Shown here: positions 8,145 through 18,304 of the stretch, one piece after another
How the letters are laid out: each line of letters starts with the position of its first letter
Position numbering within the stretch: position 1 is the stretch's first letter
NCBI GenBank assembly: GCA_965206595.1
Contig: OZ242214.1
Span: forward strand, 2,976,001-3,040,000
Source: Candidatus Latescibacterota bacterium
Lineage (GTDB): Bacteria; Latescibacterota; UBA2968; UBA8231
Direction: 5' to 3'
Length of the DNA: 64,000 nt
Position numbers and translations under genes: made by a program
Notes under the pieces: generated by a model
What the model was told of the DNA's origin: nothing
Seen by the model: only the letters and a program-made list of their open reading frames with translations
The model's database searches: none

Positions 8145-11100
8145 ATGAAAACTCCCGTTCTTCTTTCCGCATTATCGGCGGTGCTCAGTTCTTTTTGCAC
8201 ACCGCTGGCCTTTGTCCATCAGCCGTTTTCGTCAGCCGATAGCACGCATTTCCAGCCCTTCGATTACGAGCAGTGGGAGCGCGAGCGCGCCCTCCGCCCC
8301 GCGGCCAAGCGGCTACAGGATTTGAACGTCGGAGAACCGCGCACCGTGCGCCTCTTCTACTTCTTGCCCAATGACCGGCCGTACCGCGCCGAGGTGGTTG
8401 CGGCGATGAAAACCGGGATTGTCGAACTTCAGACCTTCTTCGCGGACCAGATGGAGGCGCATGGGCATGGTCGCAAAACTTTTCAGATTGAAACCGATGA
8501 CCAGGGGGATCCGATCGTTCATCGCGTCGATGGGGACTACCCCGACAGCCATTACAGCAGCAGAGGCTATACAGAGGGCGAGATTGACCGAGCGTTTGAT
8601 AACTCGGCAAACGTTGCAATTATCGTCATGGACCTTAGTAGAGGAGGTTCTATCGCTGGACAGGGAACCGGGTCTAAAAGTAGTGGCTGGCTAATAGTTT
8701 ATGAAGGATGGAATTGGCCTTATGTAGCCCATGAACTCGGCCATGCCTTCGGTTTGCACCACGATTTCCGCGATAGGGCATACATCCTATCGTATGGACG
8801 GCCGAATCGGTCATCAGCCAAGTTGTCCGCGTGCGCTGCCGGGTTTTTAGCCGTGCATCCCTACTTCAGTCCCAATAATCCACTTGAAAACGAATCACCG
8901 CCCACCGTTGAACTCACTTCATCATCTGAATATCCGCCTGGGTCAGAGAGTGTGCCGGTCCGACTGAGAGTCCGCGATGATAACGGGCTTCATCAGGTAA
9001 TCCTTTTCGTTCACCCCAAAAATCCCTTTTTAGGCGGCACCCCCGAAGTGAAGGTGTGTCGTGGATTGGCGGCGGAAACAGATACCGTTGTTGAATTCAA
9101 TTTTGATGGGAGACTTCCGTCCGACAATGTCGGCACTGCGTCTGCGGCTCATACGACCCTCGCCAACACGTCTCAGCATCCAATTTATGTCGTGGCCGTC
9201 GATATGGATGGGAATAGAACTAATACTGCTGGTCCTATTTCTTTAAGGCTTGAAGAGGGACATTCTCCACAACATATTACCACCATTGACAGACAAGGGG
9301 GAGGGGGTGCTTATTTCTATGATGCGGCATTTTCACCGGATGGCACAACTCTAGCTATCGGGACAGGGGGTGGGGTCTACCTGTACAATGCTTCAACAAC
9401 GGGATTTATAATCTTCTTACGCCATACGGAGGGCAATATTTATAGCAACCATTCGGTAGTGTTTTCACCTGATGGAACGCTACTTGCTTCCGGCTCGGCG
9501 GATGGCACAATCAAACTGTGGAACCTGGCAACAAAAGAAAATATCGCCACCTTTGAAGGACATACAGATAGAATCTATTCTGTGGACTATTCCCCAGATG
9601 GCACACTGCTCGCTTCCGGCTCGTGGGATAGCACAATTAAATTGTGGAACGTGGCAACGAAAGAAAATACTGCTACCCTTGAAGGACATACAGATAGAAT
9701 CTATTCTGTGGATTTTTTACCTGATGGTACGCTCGCTTCTAGTTCAACGGATGGTACTGTCAAACTGTGGGACGTGACGACGAACGCGCTGATCGCCACC
9801 ATTGAGACGGGCCACACACGGCCGTTGGGAGTAGCGTTTTCGCCGGACGGTACAACTCTCGCCACATTGTCTGGTTACACGAGCAAATTATGGAATGTAG
9901 CGACAAGAACACAGATCGCCACCCTTAAGTATACGTCGGGTAATTATACTTTCCAGTCACTAGTGTTTTCGCCCGATGGTACAATCATCGCATCATCGAA
10001 TGGTTCCCGGGTCCATATATGGGATGTTTTGACCAGAGAAAATATCGCCACTTTCCCAGGGGGACCGGGTGGGGTGGGAAGACTGCTTTTTTCACCCAAC
10101 GGGACAGAACTCATATCCCAAGGCGGGGGGGCAGTCAAATTTTGGGACGTGTCTGAGTGGCCAGGACAGGTGGACGATACCCTAGAAACCATCCCTGTCC
10201 CAGCGATCAGCGACCGCACGCCGCAGGTGCGCGATGCTATTCTTGGCGCAGTCCGCTTAGACTCTCCTATTATTTCCAACTACGCAAGCATCACCGTGTA
10301 CGACCTTGCTAGAATTACCCAACTATCTCTGAATGGTACAAACATCAATTCCTTGAAAGCTGACGATTTCGATGGTCTCACCGACTTGACGGAACTCCGC
10401 CTGTATGACAACCAGTTGACCACGCTGCCAGAGGGGCTCTTTGACAACCTCAACGCGCTGACAAGGCTTAGCTTGGGAAACAACCGGTTCACCACGCTGC
10501 CGGCGGGTATCTTTGACAACCTCAACTCACTGAATTCGCTCAACCTGCAGGACAACCGGTTGACCACGCTGCCGGCGGGCATCTTTGACAACCTCAACTC
10601 ACTGAATTCGCTCAACCTGCAGGACAACCGGTTCACCACGCTGCCGGCGGGCATCTTTGACAACCTCAACTCACTGAATTCGCTCAACCTGCAGGACAAC
10701 CAGTTGACCATGCTGCCGGCGGGTATCTTTGACAACCTCTCCGCACTGACATGGCTTAGCTTGGGAAACAACCAATTGACCACGCTGCCGGCGGGTATCT
10801 TTGACGGACTCAACTCACTGACAACGCTTGGCTTGGCTCTCAACAGGTTGACCACGCTGCCAGAAGGTATCTTTGACAACCTCTCCGCACTGACATGGCT
10901 TGGCTTGGCTGTCAACAGGTTGACCACGCTGCCCGAGGGCATCTTTGACAACCTCAACGCGCTGGGAGGGCTCCACCTGAACGGCAACCAGTTATCGACG
11001 CTGCCCGAGGGTCTGTTTGACGGGCTATCCTCGTTGGCGACGCTGTACTTGTATGGCAACTCGGTGGATCCGCTGTCGCTTACCGTGTCGTTAGAGAAAG

Positions 11101-11876
11101 TTGGCGCGGATCAAGTCAAAGCCGTGGCCCCTGCCGGTGCGCCGTTTGACCTTGTGCTACCGCTCACCGTGACCAATGGCAGCATCAGCGGCGGCGCAAC
11201 CACTCTCACGATACCCGCCGGCAGCCTCGACAGCCAACCGCTCACCGTGACCCGCACGTCCGGTACGACGGCTGCCGTCACCGTGGATATCGGCACCTTG
11301 CCGGGGCTGCCAGCAAACCATAGCGGCTACGAACTCGTCAAATCCGCCGACCTGCCACTGGAAGCCATCACCGGGACAACTGGCGGCCAAGCTTCCACCG
11401 ATTTCAACGACGACGGCAAAACCGATTTCGTCGACTTCTTCCTTTTTGCCGATGCCTACGGCGGCACCGACGCCCGCTTCGACCTCGACGGCAGCGGCAC
11501 GGTGGATTTCGTCGATTTCTTCCAGTTCGTCGATGCCTTCGGCCCGTCGGCGCAGGCCAAGCTGCTGGCCTTGGCACAGCAGTTGATCGGGCTCCCTGCC
11601 GAAACCCAGTTGCAGCAGAACGCTCCCAATCCGTTCAACAGCGAGACCGTCATTTCCTGGTTCCTCCTGGAGCCGGGTCCGGCGCGACTGGAGGTATTTG
11701 GGCTGACCGGGCAGCGGGTGGCGGTCCTGCATCAGGGGCCGCTGCAGGCCGGCTTCCACCGCATCCACTGGGACGGCCGCGACGATGCCGGCCGCCCTCT
11801 GGCCAGCGGCGTATACCTCTACCGGCTGGTGAGCGCCGGCGGCGTCCTGACGCGCAAGCTCACCCTGCTGAGATAA
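8145..11876 (+). CDS. Exported Zn-metallopeptidase + WD40 propeller + LRR + Ig-like + dockerin-like + FlgD/T9SS-type tail
   Basis: HELGHAFGLHHD; 'FSPDGTLLASGS.DGTIKLW' repeats; 24-aa LRRs 'LTTLPAGIFDNL'; 'DFNDDGKTDFVDF' pair; 'QNAPNPFNSET...RKLTLLR'. Confidence 0.9.
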   Translation: MKTPVLLSALSAVLSSFCTPLAFVHQPFSSADSTHFQPFDYEQWERERALRPAAKRLQDLNVGEPRTVRLFYFLPNDRPYRAEVVAAMKTGIVELQTFFADQMEAHGHGRKTFQIETDDQGDPIVHRVDGDYPDSHYSSRGYTEGEIDRAFDNSANVAIIVMDLSRGGSIAGQGTGSKSSGWLIVYEGWNWPYVAHELGHAFGLHHDFRDRAYILSYGRPNRSSAKLSACAAGFLAVHPYFSPNNPLENESPPTVELTSSSEYPPGSESVPVRLRVRDDNGLHQVILFVHPKNPFLGGTPEVKVCRGLAAETDTVVEFNFDGRLPSDNVGTASAAHTTLANTSQHPIYVVAVDMDGNRTNTAGPISLRLEEGHSPQHITTIDRQGGGGAYFYDAAFSPDGTTLAIGTGGGVYLYNASTTGFIIFLRHTEGNIYSNHSVVFSPDGTLLASGSADGTIKLWNLATKENIATFEGHTDRIYSVDYSPDGTLLASGSWDSTIKLWNVATKENTATLEGHTDRIYSVDFLPDGTLASSSTDGTVKLWDVTTNALIATIETGHTRPLGVAFSPDGTTLATLSGYTSKLWNVATRTQIATLKYTSGNYTFQSLVFSPDGTIIASSNGSRVHIWDVLTRENIATFPGGPGGVGRLLFSPNGTELISQGGGAVKFWDVSEWPGQVDDTLETIPVPAISDRTPQVRDAILGAVRLDSPIISNYASITVYDLARITQLSLNGTNINSLKADDFDGLTDLTELRLYDNQLTTLPEGLFDNLNALTRLSLGNNRFTTLPAGIFDNLNSLNSLNLQDNRLTTLPAGIFDNLNSLNSLNLQDNRFTTLPAGIFDNLNSLNSLNLQDNQLTMLPAGIFDNLSALTWLSLGNNQLTTLPAGIFDGLNSLTTLGLALNRLTTLPEGIFDNLSALTWLGLAVNRLTTLPEGIFDNLNALGGLHLNGNQLSTLPEGLFDGLSSLATLYLYGNSVDPLSLTVSLEKVGADQVKAVAPAGAPFDLVLPLTVTNGSISGGATTLTIPAGSLDSQPLTVTRTSGTTAAVTVDIGTLPGLPANHSGYELVKSADLPLEAITGTTGGQASTDFNDDGKTDFVDFFLFADAYGGTDARFDLDGSGTVDFVDFFQFVDAFGPSAQAKLLALAQQLIGLPAETQLQQNAPNPFNSETVISWFLLEPGPARLEVFGLTGQRVAVLHQGPLQAGFHRIHWDGRDDAGRPLASGVYLYRLVSAGGVLTRKLTLLR

Positions 11877-11890
11877 GGGAGTTTTTTCCG

Positions 11891-14230
11891 ATGAAAAACA
11901 CGCGCTTCAGTCGAAAACTCATCCTGTCGATACTGGCGGCGATGCTGGTGATCTGCGTCCTGCCAGAAACCAGCCACGGTGGAGGCGTCGGTGATGTTAT
12001 CGGAGGAATCGTCGAGGTCACCGTCGGCCTCGTGGAAGTTACCGTCGGGATTGTCGAGATCGCCGTCGGGGTAATCGACCTTACCGTCAGCCTCCTTGCC
12101 ACCCTCGCCTTGCATACGGCTGCCGTCACCGCCGCAATCATCAGCCCGGACGGCGCGATGCTTATCAGCGCAAGCCTCGACCTCACAATTGCACTGTGGG
12201 ATCTCACGACCGGGTTGCTCGGGGCTACCCTGGAGCATCTGTCTCCGGTCCTGAGCCTCGCCCTCTGCCCCATCGATGGCTGCCTTCTCGCGAGCGGGAC
12301 CGAGGACGGCAAGCTGCACTTGTGGAATCCCGAAACCGGGCTGCTCACTTCCACTCTCACCGGGCATACCGCAGCTATCCTGAGCACGGCCTTCAGTCTT
12401 CTTGACCACAGCCTGCTTGCCAGCGGTAGCGCGGACGCGACCATCCGTCTCTGGGACGCGGAAACGGGTACACACCAGCGGACCCTCACCGGGCATACCG
12501 ACAGTGTCCTGAGCGTGGCCTTCAGTTCCACTGGCGACAAGCTGGCCAGCGGCAGCGCGGACGCGACTATCCGTCTCTGGGACGCCCTGACGGGCGCACA
12601 TCAACAGACACTCACCGGGCACACCGAAGCCGTCAGGAGCCTTGCCCTCGGTTCCAGCGACAGCTTGCTGGCCAGCGGCAGTGCGGATGGAACAGTGCGC
12701 TTGTGGAATGCCCTCACCGGGGAACACCTCGCCACTCTCGATCACCAGTCTCCTGTCCTGAGCGTGGCCTTCGGTCCCGGCGACAGTCTGTTCGCAAGCG
12801 GCAGCGAGGACGGCAACGCGCGTTTGTGGGACCTCGCCGGAGAACTCCTGGCCACGCTCGGGCACGAGTCCCCTGTCCGTAGCGTGTCCTTCAGTCCCGA
12901 CGGGGACATGCTGGTCAGCGGGGCGGAGGACGGCAAAGTGCGCCAGTGGCAGGTAACGTCCGTTGCCAGTTGTTGCCCCCGCAATCCGGGCAACGATTTC
13001 GACACCATGAAAGCTGCCGGGAACGACTCGCCGCGAGGCGTCTGGTCGGACGGAACCACCATGTGGGTCGTGGACGACTGGGACGACAAGCTGTACGCCT
13101 ACGGCATGGCATCCAAAGCCCGGGATTCCGCCAAGGACTTCACTACCCTGGATGCGGATGGAAACAACAAGCCGTCCGGCATCTGGTCGGACGGCACTAC
13201 CATGTGGGTCGCCGACTATTTCGACAGGAAGCTGTACGCCTACGACATGGCATCCAAAGCCCGGGATTCCGCAAAGGATTTCAATACCCTGGATGCCGCT
13301 GGGAACACCAGGCCACAGGGCATCTGGTCGGACGGAACCACCATGTGGGTCGCGGACGACTGGGACGACAAGCTGTACGCCTACGACATGACCTCAAAGG
13401 CCAGGGATGCGGCGAAAGACCTGGACACTACCGGGAATCATTACCCTACGGGCCTCTGGTCGGACGGGGCGACCCTGTGGGTTGCGAACTACGCCGCCTC
13501 CAAGCTGCATGCCTACGGCCTGACTACAACGGCTCAGGAACCGGCCAAGGACTTCCACACCCTGCGCTCGGCGGGAAACACACTCCCTGTCGGCATCTGG
13601 TCGGACGGCACCACTATGTGGGTAACGGACGACTCCGACAGGAAGCTGTACGCCTACGACATGCCAACCAATGGTGACCCACCGGTCGCAGACCCACCCC
13701 GAGACCCAGGTACGGGTACAACGGAACCGCCAACGCAAGCGTCAGCGGCGACGGATTTCGATGGCGACGGCAAGACCGATTTCGTCGACTTCTTCCAGTT
13801 CATCGACGCCTTCGGCGGCACGGATTCCCGTTTCGACCTCGACGGCAGCGGCACGGTCGATTTCGTCGATTTCTTCCAGTTCGTCGATGCCTTCGACAAG
13901 CCTGCGCAGGCCAAGATGGTGGCCATTGCTCAGGAATTGATCGGCCTGCCCGCGGCAACCCAGCTGCAACAGAACGCGCCCAACCCGTTCAACAACGAGA
14001 CGGTGATTTCCTGGTTCCTGTTGGAGCCCGGTCCCGCCCGAGTGGAATTGTTCGCGCTGACAGGACAGAGGGTGGCCGTTCTGCACCAGGGGCCGCAGCA
14101 GGCTGGCCGCCACCGCATCCATTGGAACGGCCTCGACGACATGGGCCGCTCCTTGGCAAGCGGTGTCTACCTGTACCGGCTGGTTACGTCCGAAAATCTT
14201 CTGACGCGCAAACTCACCCTCCTGCGATAA
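11891..14230 (+). CDS. Exported WD40 protein with Gly/Val heptad N-terminus, five WSDGTTMW repeats, dockerin-like + sorting tail
   Basis: RBS aaggga; signal peptide; about 7 WD40 repeats; five ~47-aa 'DF.TL..AGN..P.G.WSDGTTMWV.D..D.KLYAY' repeats; 480-nt tail. Confidence 0.9.
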   Translation: MKNTRFSRKLILSILAAMLVICVLPETSHGGGVGDVIGGIVEVTVGLVEVTVGIVEIAVGVIDLTVSLLATLALHTAAVTAAIISPDGAMLISASLDLTIALWDLTTGLLGATLEHLSPVLSLALCPIDGCLLASGTEDGKLHLWNPETGLLTSTLTGHTAAILSTAFSLLDHSLLASGSADATIRLWDAETGTHQRTLTGHTDSVLSVAFSSTGDKLASGSADATIRLWDALTGAHQQTLTGHTEAVRSLALGSSDSLLASGSADGTVRLWNALTGEHLATLDHQSPVLSVAFGPGDSLFASGSEDGNARLWDLAGELLATLGHESPVRSVSFSPDGDMLVSGAEDGKVRQWQVTSVASCCPRNPGNDFDTMKAAGNDSPRGVWSDGTTMWVVDDWDDKLYAYGMASKARDSAKDFTTLDADGNNKPSGIWSDGTTMWVADYFDRKLYAYDMASKARDSAKDFNTLDAAGNTRPQGIWSDGTTMWVADDWDDKLYAYDMTSKARDAAKDLDTTGNHYPTGLWSDGATLWVANYAASKLHAYGLTTTAQEPAKDFHTLRSAGNTLPVGIWSDGTTMWVTDDSDRKLYAYDMPTNGDPPVADPPRDPGTGTTEPPTQASAATDFDGDGKTDFVDFFQFIDAFGGTDSRFDLDGSGTVDFVDFFQFVDAFDKPAQAKMVAIAQELIGLPAATQLQQNAPNPFNNETVISWFLLEPGPARVELFALTGQRVAVLHQGPQQAGRHRIHWNGLDDMGRSLASGVYLYRLVTSENLLTRKLTLLR

Positions 14231-14339
14231 AGAATGCACCAACTCGGTGGGAACTTTAATGGTGGGGCAAAAAATAATTGACAAGGGTCTCTCTGGATGA
14301 GGCTCCCGCAAAAAAGAAATCCCAAAACAGGAGAGAGAT

Positions 14340-14818
14340 ATGCTACGTTTTTTCCCGGTCGTGCACCTGACTGCTCTTATAGTGACTCCGATGGCGATGG
14401 GATAACTATGATTGGGGCGCCGGGTGGGTTTATCACCGGAATCTTTGGAACCCCTTCGCTTTACGTATCCTGGTTTCCGAGTGAAAAGCTGACCATCGGG
14501 CCCGAATTCAATTTCGGGCGTATTGCAGTAGACGGAGATGGCATCACTTCAATTTATCTTGGGGGCCGGGGTGCATTCTTTCCGAATAGCAACGCCATAC
14601 CCGGTGTCTACATACTAGGACAGAGCGCTTTAATCGTCCTGAGTGACGAGTACGACTCCGAGACTGATTTCTCCGCCGGAGCGGGATTGGGTTATCAGTG
14701 GCGTCTGGGCCCTGCTTTCGTCCTTCGGGCGGAAGGGCGGGATCGGCTATGGTTCGAGGACGAAGTCAATGACTTCTCGCTCCTTCTCGGATTGGGTACC
14801 AGACTCAATGACAGATAA
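14340..14818 (+). pseudogene. Outer-membrane beta-barrel gene disrupted by an internal out-of-frame deletion
   Basis: RBS ggagag + ATG at 14340 gives signal peptide MLRFFPVVHLTALIVT, which stops at 14405. The barrel sequence (PSLYVSWFPSEKLTIGPEF...) continues in another frame and matches the intact paralog at 58819-60090. Confidence 0.75.
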
Positions 14819-14894
14819 CCAAGTCGGCCATGTTTTCTGATCCTGGAATCGTTCATGCTCATTCTCCCGTTTGATCCTTAGGAGGAAAGTATAT

Positions 14895-15575
14895 ATGCAG
14901 CGCCTTTTTATGTTTTTCTTCTTGACGGCTATTGTGGTGCACTCGCCGCTCTTCGCCCAGAAGATTGAAGATGTCATTCACTTGAAGAATGGGGAAACCG
15001 TTCGCGGCACCATCATTGAGCAAATTCCCGGCGAATCGTTGAAGATACAAACCGCAGACGGCAGCGTTTTCGTCTATACCATATACGAGATCGCCGAAAT
15101 AACCAGGGAGCCGGTGATGAAAATGGAAGAAGGATTCATCAAGGCCAAAAAGAAAAATCCCTGGCTCGCTTCCGGCCTGTCGTTGCTGATTCCCGGTACC
15201 GGGCAATTCTATAATGACCAATACAACAAAGGGCTGCCCCAACTCGGAGTTGCATTGGCAGGGGCAGGGTTTGTGTGGTGGGGTTTGAGGGATAATTGGG
15301 AGGAATGGGACAACCCGAAATCCTCCTGGAACCCGCTCCAGTGGGTCGATGAGGACGAAGATGATTGGACAATCTTTATCGGGGGCCCTCTTTGGTTAGG
15401 TAGCTTGATGTGGTCGGTGATTGACGCAAACCTCTCTGCCAACCGCATCAATCAGGAAGGTCAACAACCTGATTTCAGCCATCTGCTGGAGTTTGGCGGA
15501 GATCGAGCCACGTTGGGATTGGATCCTGTTTGGGGGCGCTACGGGCCAGGTGGGAAACTGATGCTTCATTTTTAA
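14895..15575 (+). CDS. Exported/membrane protein: 'LKNG' N-terminal domain + TM2-like hairpin domain
   Basis: RBS aggagg; signal peptide; '[31 protein letters not shown]' shared with 58819-60090; '[22 protein letters not shown]' TM2-like motif. Confidence 0.8.
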   Translation: MQRLFMFFFLTAIVVHSPLFAQKIEDVIHLKNGETVRGTIIEQIPGESLKIQTADGSVFVYTIYEIAEITREPVMKMEEGFIKAKKKNPWLASGLSLLIPGTGQFYNDQYNKGLPQLGVALAGAGFVWWGLRDNWEEWDNPKSSWNPLQWVDEDEDDWTIFIGGPLWLGSLMWSVIDANLSANRINQEGQQPDFSHLLEFGGDRATLGLDPVWGRYGPGGKLMLHF

Positions 15576-15718
15576 TCTCCACGCCAGCGCCAGCCCTTTC
15601 CATCCTGGCCATGAGAGTTCAACAAAGTCCTGAACTTTTCCCGAGGCAACCGAATCAAAAAATGACTGATAAACTTTTCAAAACCCCGTTTTTCCAGCCA
15701 ACCGCAAGGAGGCAGGCT

Positions 15719-17737
15719 ATGAAGTACTTCGCACTTTTTTTGTTATTCACTTTAAGCCTCGCCACATGCAGAGGACCTCAGGGCCCGCCAGGCCGCGATG
15801 CCGTGGATGGCCAGGTGGGCCCGATGGGGCCTTCCGGCGAGGAAGGGCCCATCGGCGAGGAAGGACCTGAAGGACCCCAAGGGCCTCAGGGGGAAGGGGA
15901 AAAAGGCGATCAGGGGCCTCAAGGCGATCAGGGGCCTCAAGGCGAACAAGGACCTCAAGGGGTAAAAGGGGATCAAGGCCAACAGGGAACCCAGGGCGAG
16001 CAAGGAACCCAGGGGGAACAGGGAACCCAGGGCGAGCAAGGAACCCAGGGGGAACAGGGAACCCAGGGCGAGCAAGGAACCCAGGGGGAACAGGGAACCC
16101 AGGGGGAACAGGGAACCCAGGGGGAACAGGGAACCCAGGGGGGGACCCAGGGGGAACAGGGAACCCAGGGGGAGCAAGGAACCCAGGGGCCTGAGGGATC
16201 CCAAGGACCTCAAGGCGAAGGCCAACAGGGAACCCAGGGCGAGCAAGGAACCCAGGGCGAGCAAGGAACCCAGGGCGATCAAGGGCCCATAGGGCCTCCG
16301 GGCCAACAAGGGGAACAAGGACCCCAGGGGCCTGAGGGACCTCAAGGCGAAGGCGAACAGGGGCCAGAGGGTCCACAAGGACCTGACGGAACCCAAGGCG
16401 AGCAAGGACCTGAAGGCGATCAAGGGCCCATAGGGCCTCCGGGCCAACAAGGGGAACAAGGTCCTGAGGGACCTGCGGGCTCCGGCGATGGCGAACCAGG
16501 GCCTCCCGGGCCTCAAGGGCCTCCTGGCCCCGAAGGACCTCCAGGCGACCAAGGACCTGAGGGACCTGAAGGACCTCCAGGCGATCAAGGACCTGAGGGA
16601 CCTGAGGGACCTGAAGGACTTCCAGGCGATCAAGGACCTGAAGGACTTCCAGGCGATCAAGGACCTGAAGGACCTCCAGGCGATCAAGGACCTGAAGGAC
16701 CTCCAGGCGATCAAGGACCTGAGGGACCGGAAGGACCTCCAGGACCTGGAGGATCCGGAAACGGACCAGGGGGACAGGAACCTCCCGTCTTCGAAGCCAC
16801 GGGAGATAGCGCCGCTCTGGTCGCGCTTTACTATGCTGCGGGCGGGGAATCCTGGACGAATAGGGCCCAGTGGCTCAGCTCCGCCCCCATCAGCGAATGG
16901 TACGGTGTCACCACCAACCCCAGCGGCCGCCTGATCCTTCGGCTGGACCTATCCGAGAATGCGTTGTGGGGGACAATTCCCCCCGAACTTGGTACCCTCA
17001 CCTACCTGGAATACCTGGACCTCTCCGATAACGGGTTGCGGGAGGAGATTCCACCGGAACTGGGAAACCTCGAAAACCTGGAAGTTCTAAACTTGTCCAG
17101 TAATAATTTGGAGGAGGAAATCCCACCCGAACTGGGAAACCTCGAAAGCCTGGAAATCCTCGGCCTGTTCGGCAACGAGTTGGAGGGGGAAATTCCACCG
17201 GAACTGGGAAACCTCCACAATCTGAAAGCGCTGTCCCTGGGTTCCAACAGGTTGGAGGGGGAAATTCCACCGGAACTGGGAAACCTCGAAAACCTGGAAT
17301 TTCTGAACTTGGCAAATAACAGGTTGGAGGGAATTCTACCGGATTTCCTGGCGGACTTCCCCAACCTGGAAGACCTGTTCCTCAATGGAAACCCCCAACT
17401 GAATGGATGCTTGCCGGAGGGGGCGTCGGTGCCGTACTGCACACAGCCAAACAACCTGAATGCAAGGCGCGAGAACGGCGCTACAGTCCTAACCTGGGAT
17501 CCTGTGGAAGGGGCTACCCACTACAATATTTACTACGAAGATTTCTGGAGTGGCTGCTCCGTGACTTCTGGTGGTGTAACTGAAAGTTTATCGTGTGACT
17601 TATTGGAGTCCGGCATCTTCGAGACGACCTACGTCCACACCATTAGGGCGGACGACGATGCTGAATACTGGGTTGCTACCTGCAACAACGATGGGTGCTC
17701 ACCCATATATAGTTATGACTCTGGAGCCAGCCCTTAG
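15719..17737 (+). CDS. Collagen-like (G-X-Y) lipoprotein with plant-type LRR and C-terminal FN3-like domain
   Basis: RBS aaggagg; lipobox-like LATC; about 330 aa of G-X-Y; LRR N-cap '[14 protein letters not shown]...W.GV'; '[12 protein letters not shown]' repeats. Confidence 0.9.
   Translation: MKYFALFLLFTLSLATCRGPQGPPGRDAVDGQVGPMGPSGEEGPIGEEGPEGPQGPQGEGEKGDQGPQGDQGPQGEQGPQGVKGDQGQQGTQGEQGTQGEQGTQGEQGTQGEQGTQGEQGTQGEQGTQGEQGTQGEQGTQGGTQGEQGTQGEQGTQGPEGSQGPQGEGQQGTQGEQGTQGEQGTQGDQGPIGPPGQQGEQGPQGPEGPQGEGEQGPEGPQGPDGTQGEQGPEGDQGPIGPPGQQGEQGPEGPAGSGDGEPGPPGPQGPPGPEGPPGDQGPEGPEGPPGDQGPEGPEGPEGLPGDQGPEGLPGDQGPEGPPGDQGPEGPPGDQGPEGPEGPPGPGGSGNGPGGQEPPVFEATGDSAALVALYYAAGGESWTNRAQWLSSAPISEWYGVTTNPSGRLILRLDLSENALWGTIPPELGTLTYLEYLDLSDNGLREEIPPELGNLENLEVLNLSSNNLEEEIPPELGNLESLEILGLFGNELEGEIPPELGNLHNLKALSLGSNRLEGEIPPELGNLENLEFLNLANNRLEGILPDFLADFPNLEDLFLNGNPQLNGCLPEGASVPYCTQPNNLNARRENGATVLTWDPVEGATHYNIYYEDFWSGCSVTSGGVTESLSCDLLESGIFETTYVHTIRADDDAEYWVATCNNDGCSPIYSYDSGASP
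15975..16290 (+). repeat. 18-bp tandem repeats encoding GEQGTQ
   Basis: Repeated ga(a/g)ca(g/a)ggaacccaggg(g/c) units, with one broken unit at the G7 run 16138-16144. Confidence 0.9.
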
Positions 17738-17882
17738 GATAAATTTGGACCAGGAGTACTCATCCGACCACTGTTCAGCGGTCAGCACAAACCCCGGGCC
17801 GGATGAGTACGCCTCTTCCCTATCCGACGGCTTGGATCTGACTCGCAGGAAATACCTCCTTCACCCAGGAAGATGGAACCCC

Positions 17883-18245
17883 ATGCGCGGATGGAGGCGA
17901 ATCCCACTTCTCGGGCTGCTGTTGGGCTGGGCTGCTTGTGGAGCCAGCGGCAAGGGAACCGGGCCGGAGCCGGTAGTTGAGCCGGAACCGGTTGTTGAGT
18001 CGGAACCGGTGGTCGAATCGGAGCCGGTTGTCGAATCGGAGCCGGAACCAAAATGGAAGTGGACTTGTACCGCTACCGCCACTGGCAGAGACCGCCTCTT
18101 CGGAGCGCAAGTTTCTGGCACCATCAGTGTCTCTGAAGACACCGAGGCAGAAGCCCGACAGGATCTTCAGGACGCGGCCTGCTTGATATACAAAGATTGT
18201 GGACAGCTTCAGAACATATCCTGTGATGAACGGGAGGAATCTTAG
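17883..18245 (+). CDS. Small lipoprotein with EPVVES spacer repeats and a 4-Cys C-terminal domain
   Basis: MRGWRRIPLLGLLLGWAAC lipoprotein signal; four 18-bp repeats; four Cys after the spacer. Confidence 0.7.
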   Translation: MRGWRRIPLLGLLLGWAACGASGKGTGPEPVVEPEPVVESEPVVESEPVVESEPEPKWKWTCTATATGRDRLFGAQVSGTISVSEDTEAEARQDLQDAACLIYKDCGQLQNISCDEREES

Positions 18246-18304
18246 ACGTGGGCGAACCACGCACCCGTGCCGGTTTACTTATTGCATCCGGAAGGAGGCA
18301 GTCG

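Noticed and set aside
7954-8148. 64-aa ORF as a real gene
   Set aside because: It is read-through of the decayed tail relic.
14278-14310. Sigma70 promoters at TTGACA (14278, 36411, 40135)
   Set aside because: No convincing -10 hexamer at 16-18 nt spacing.
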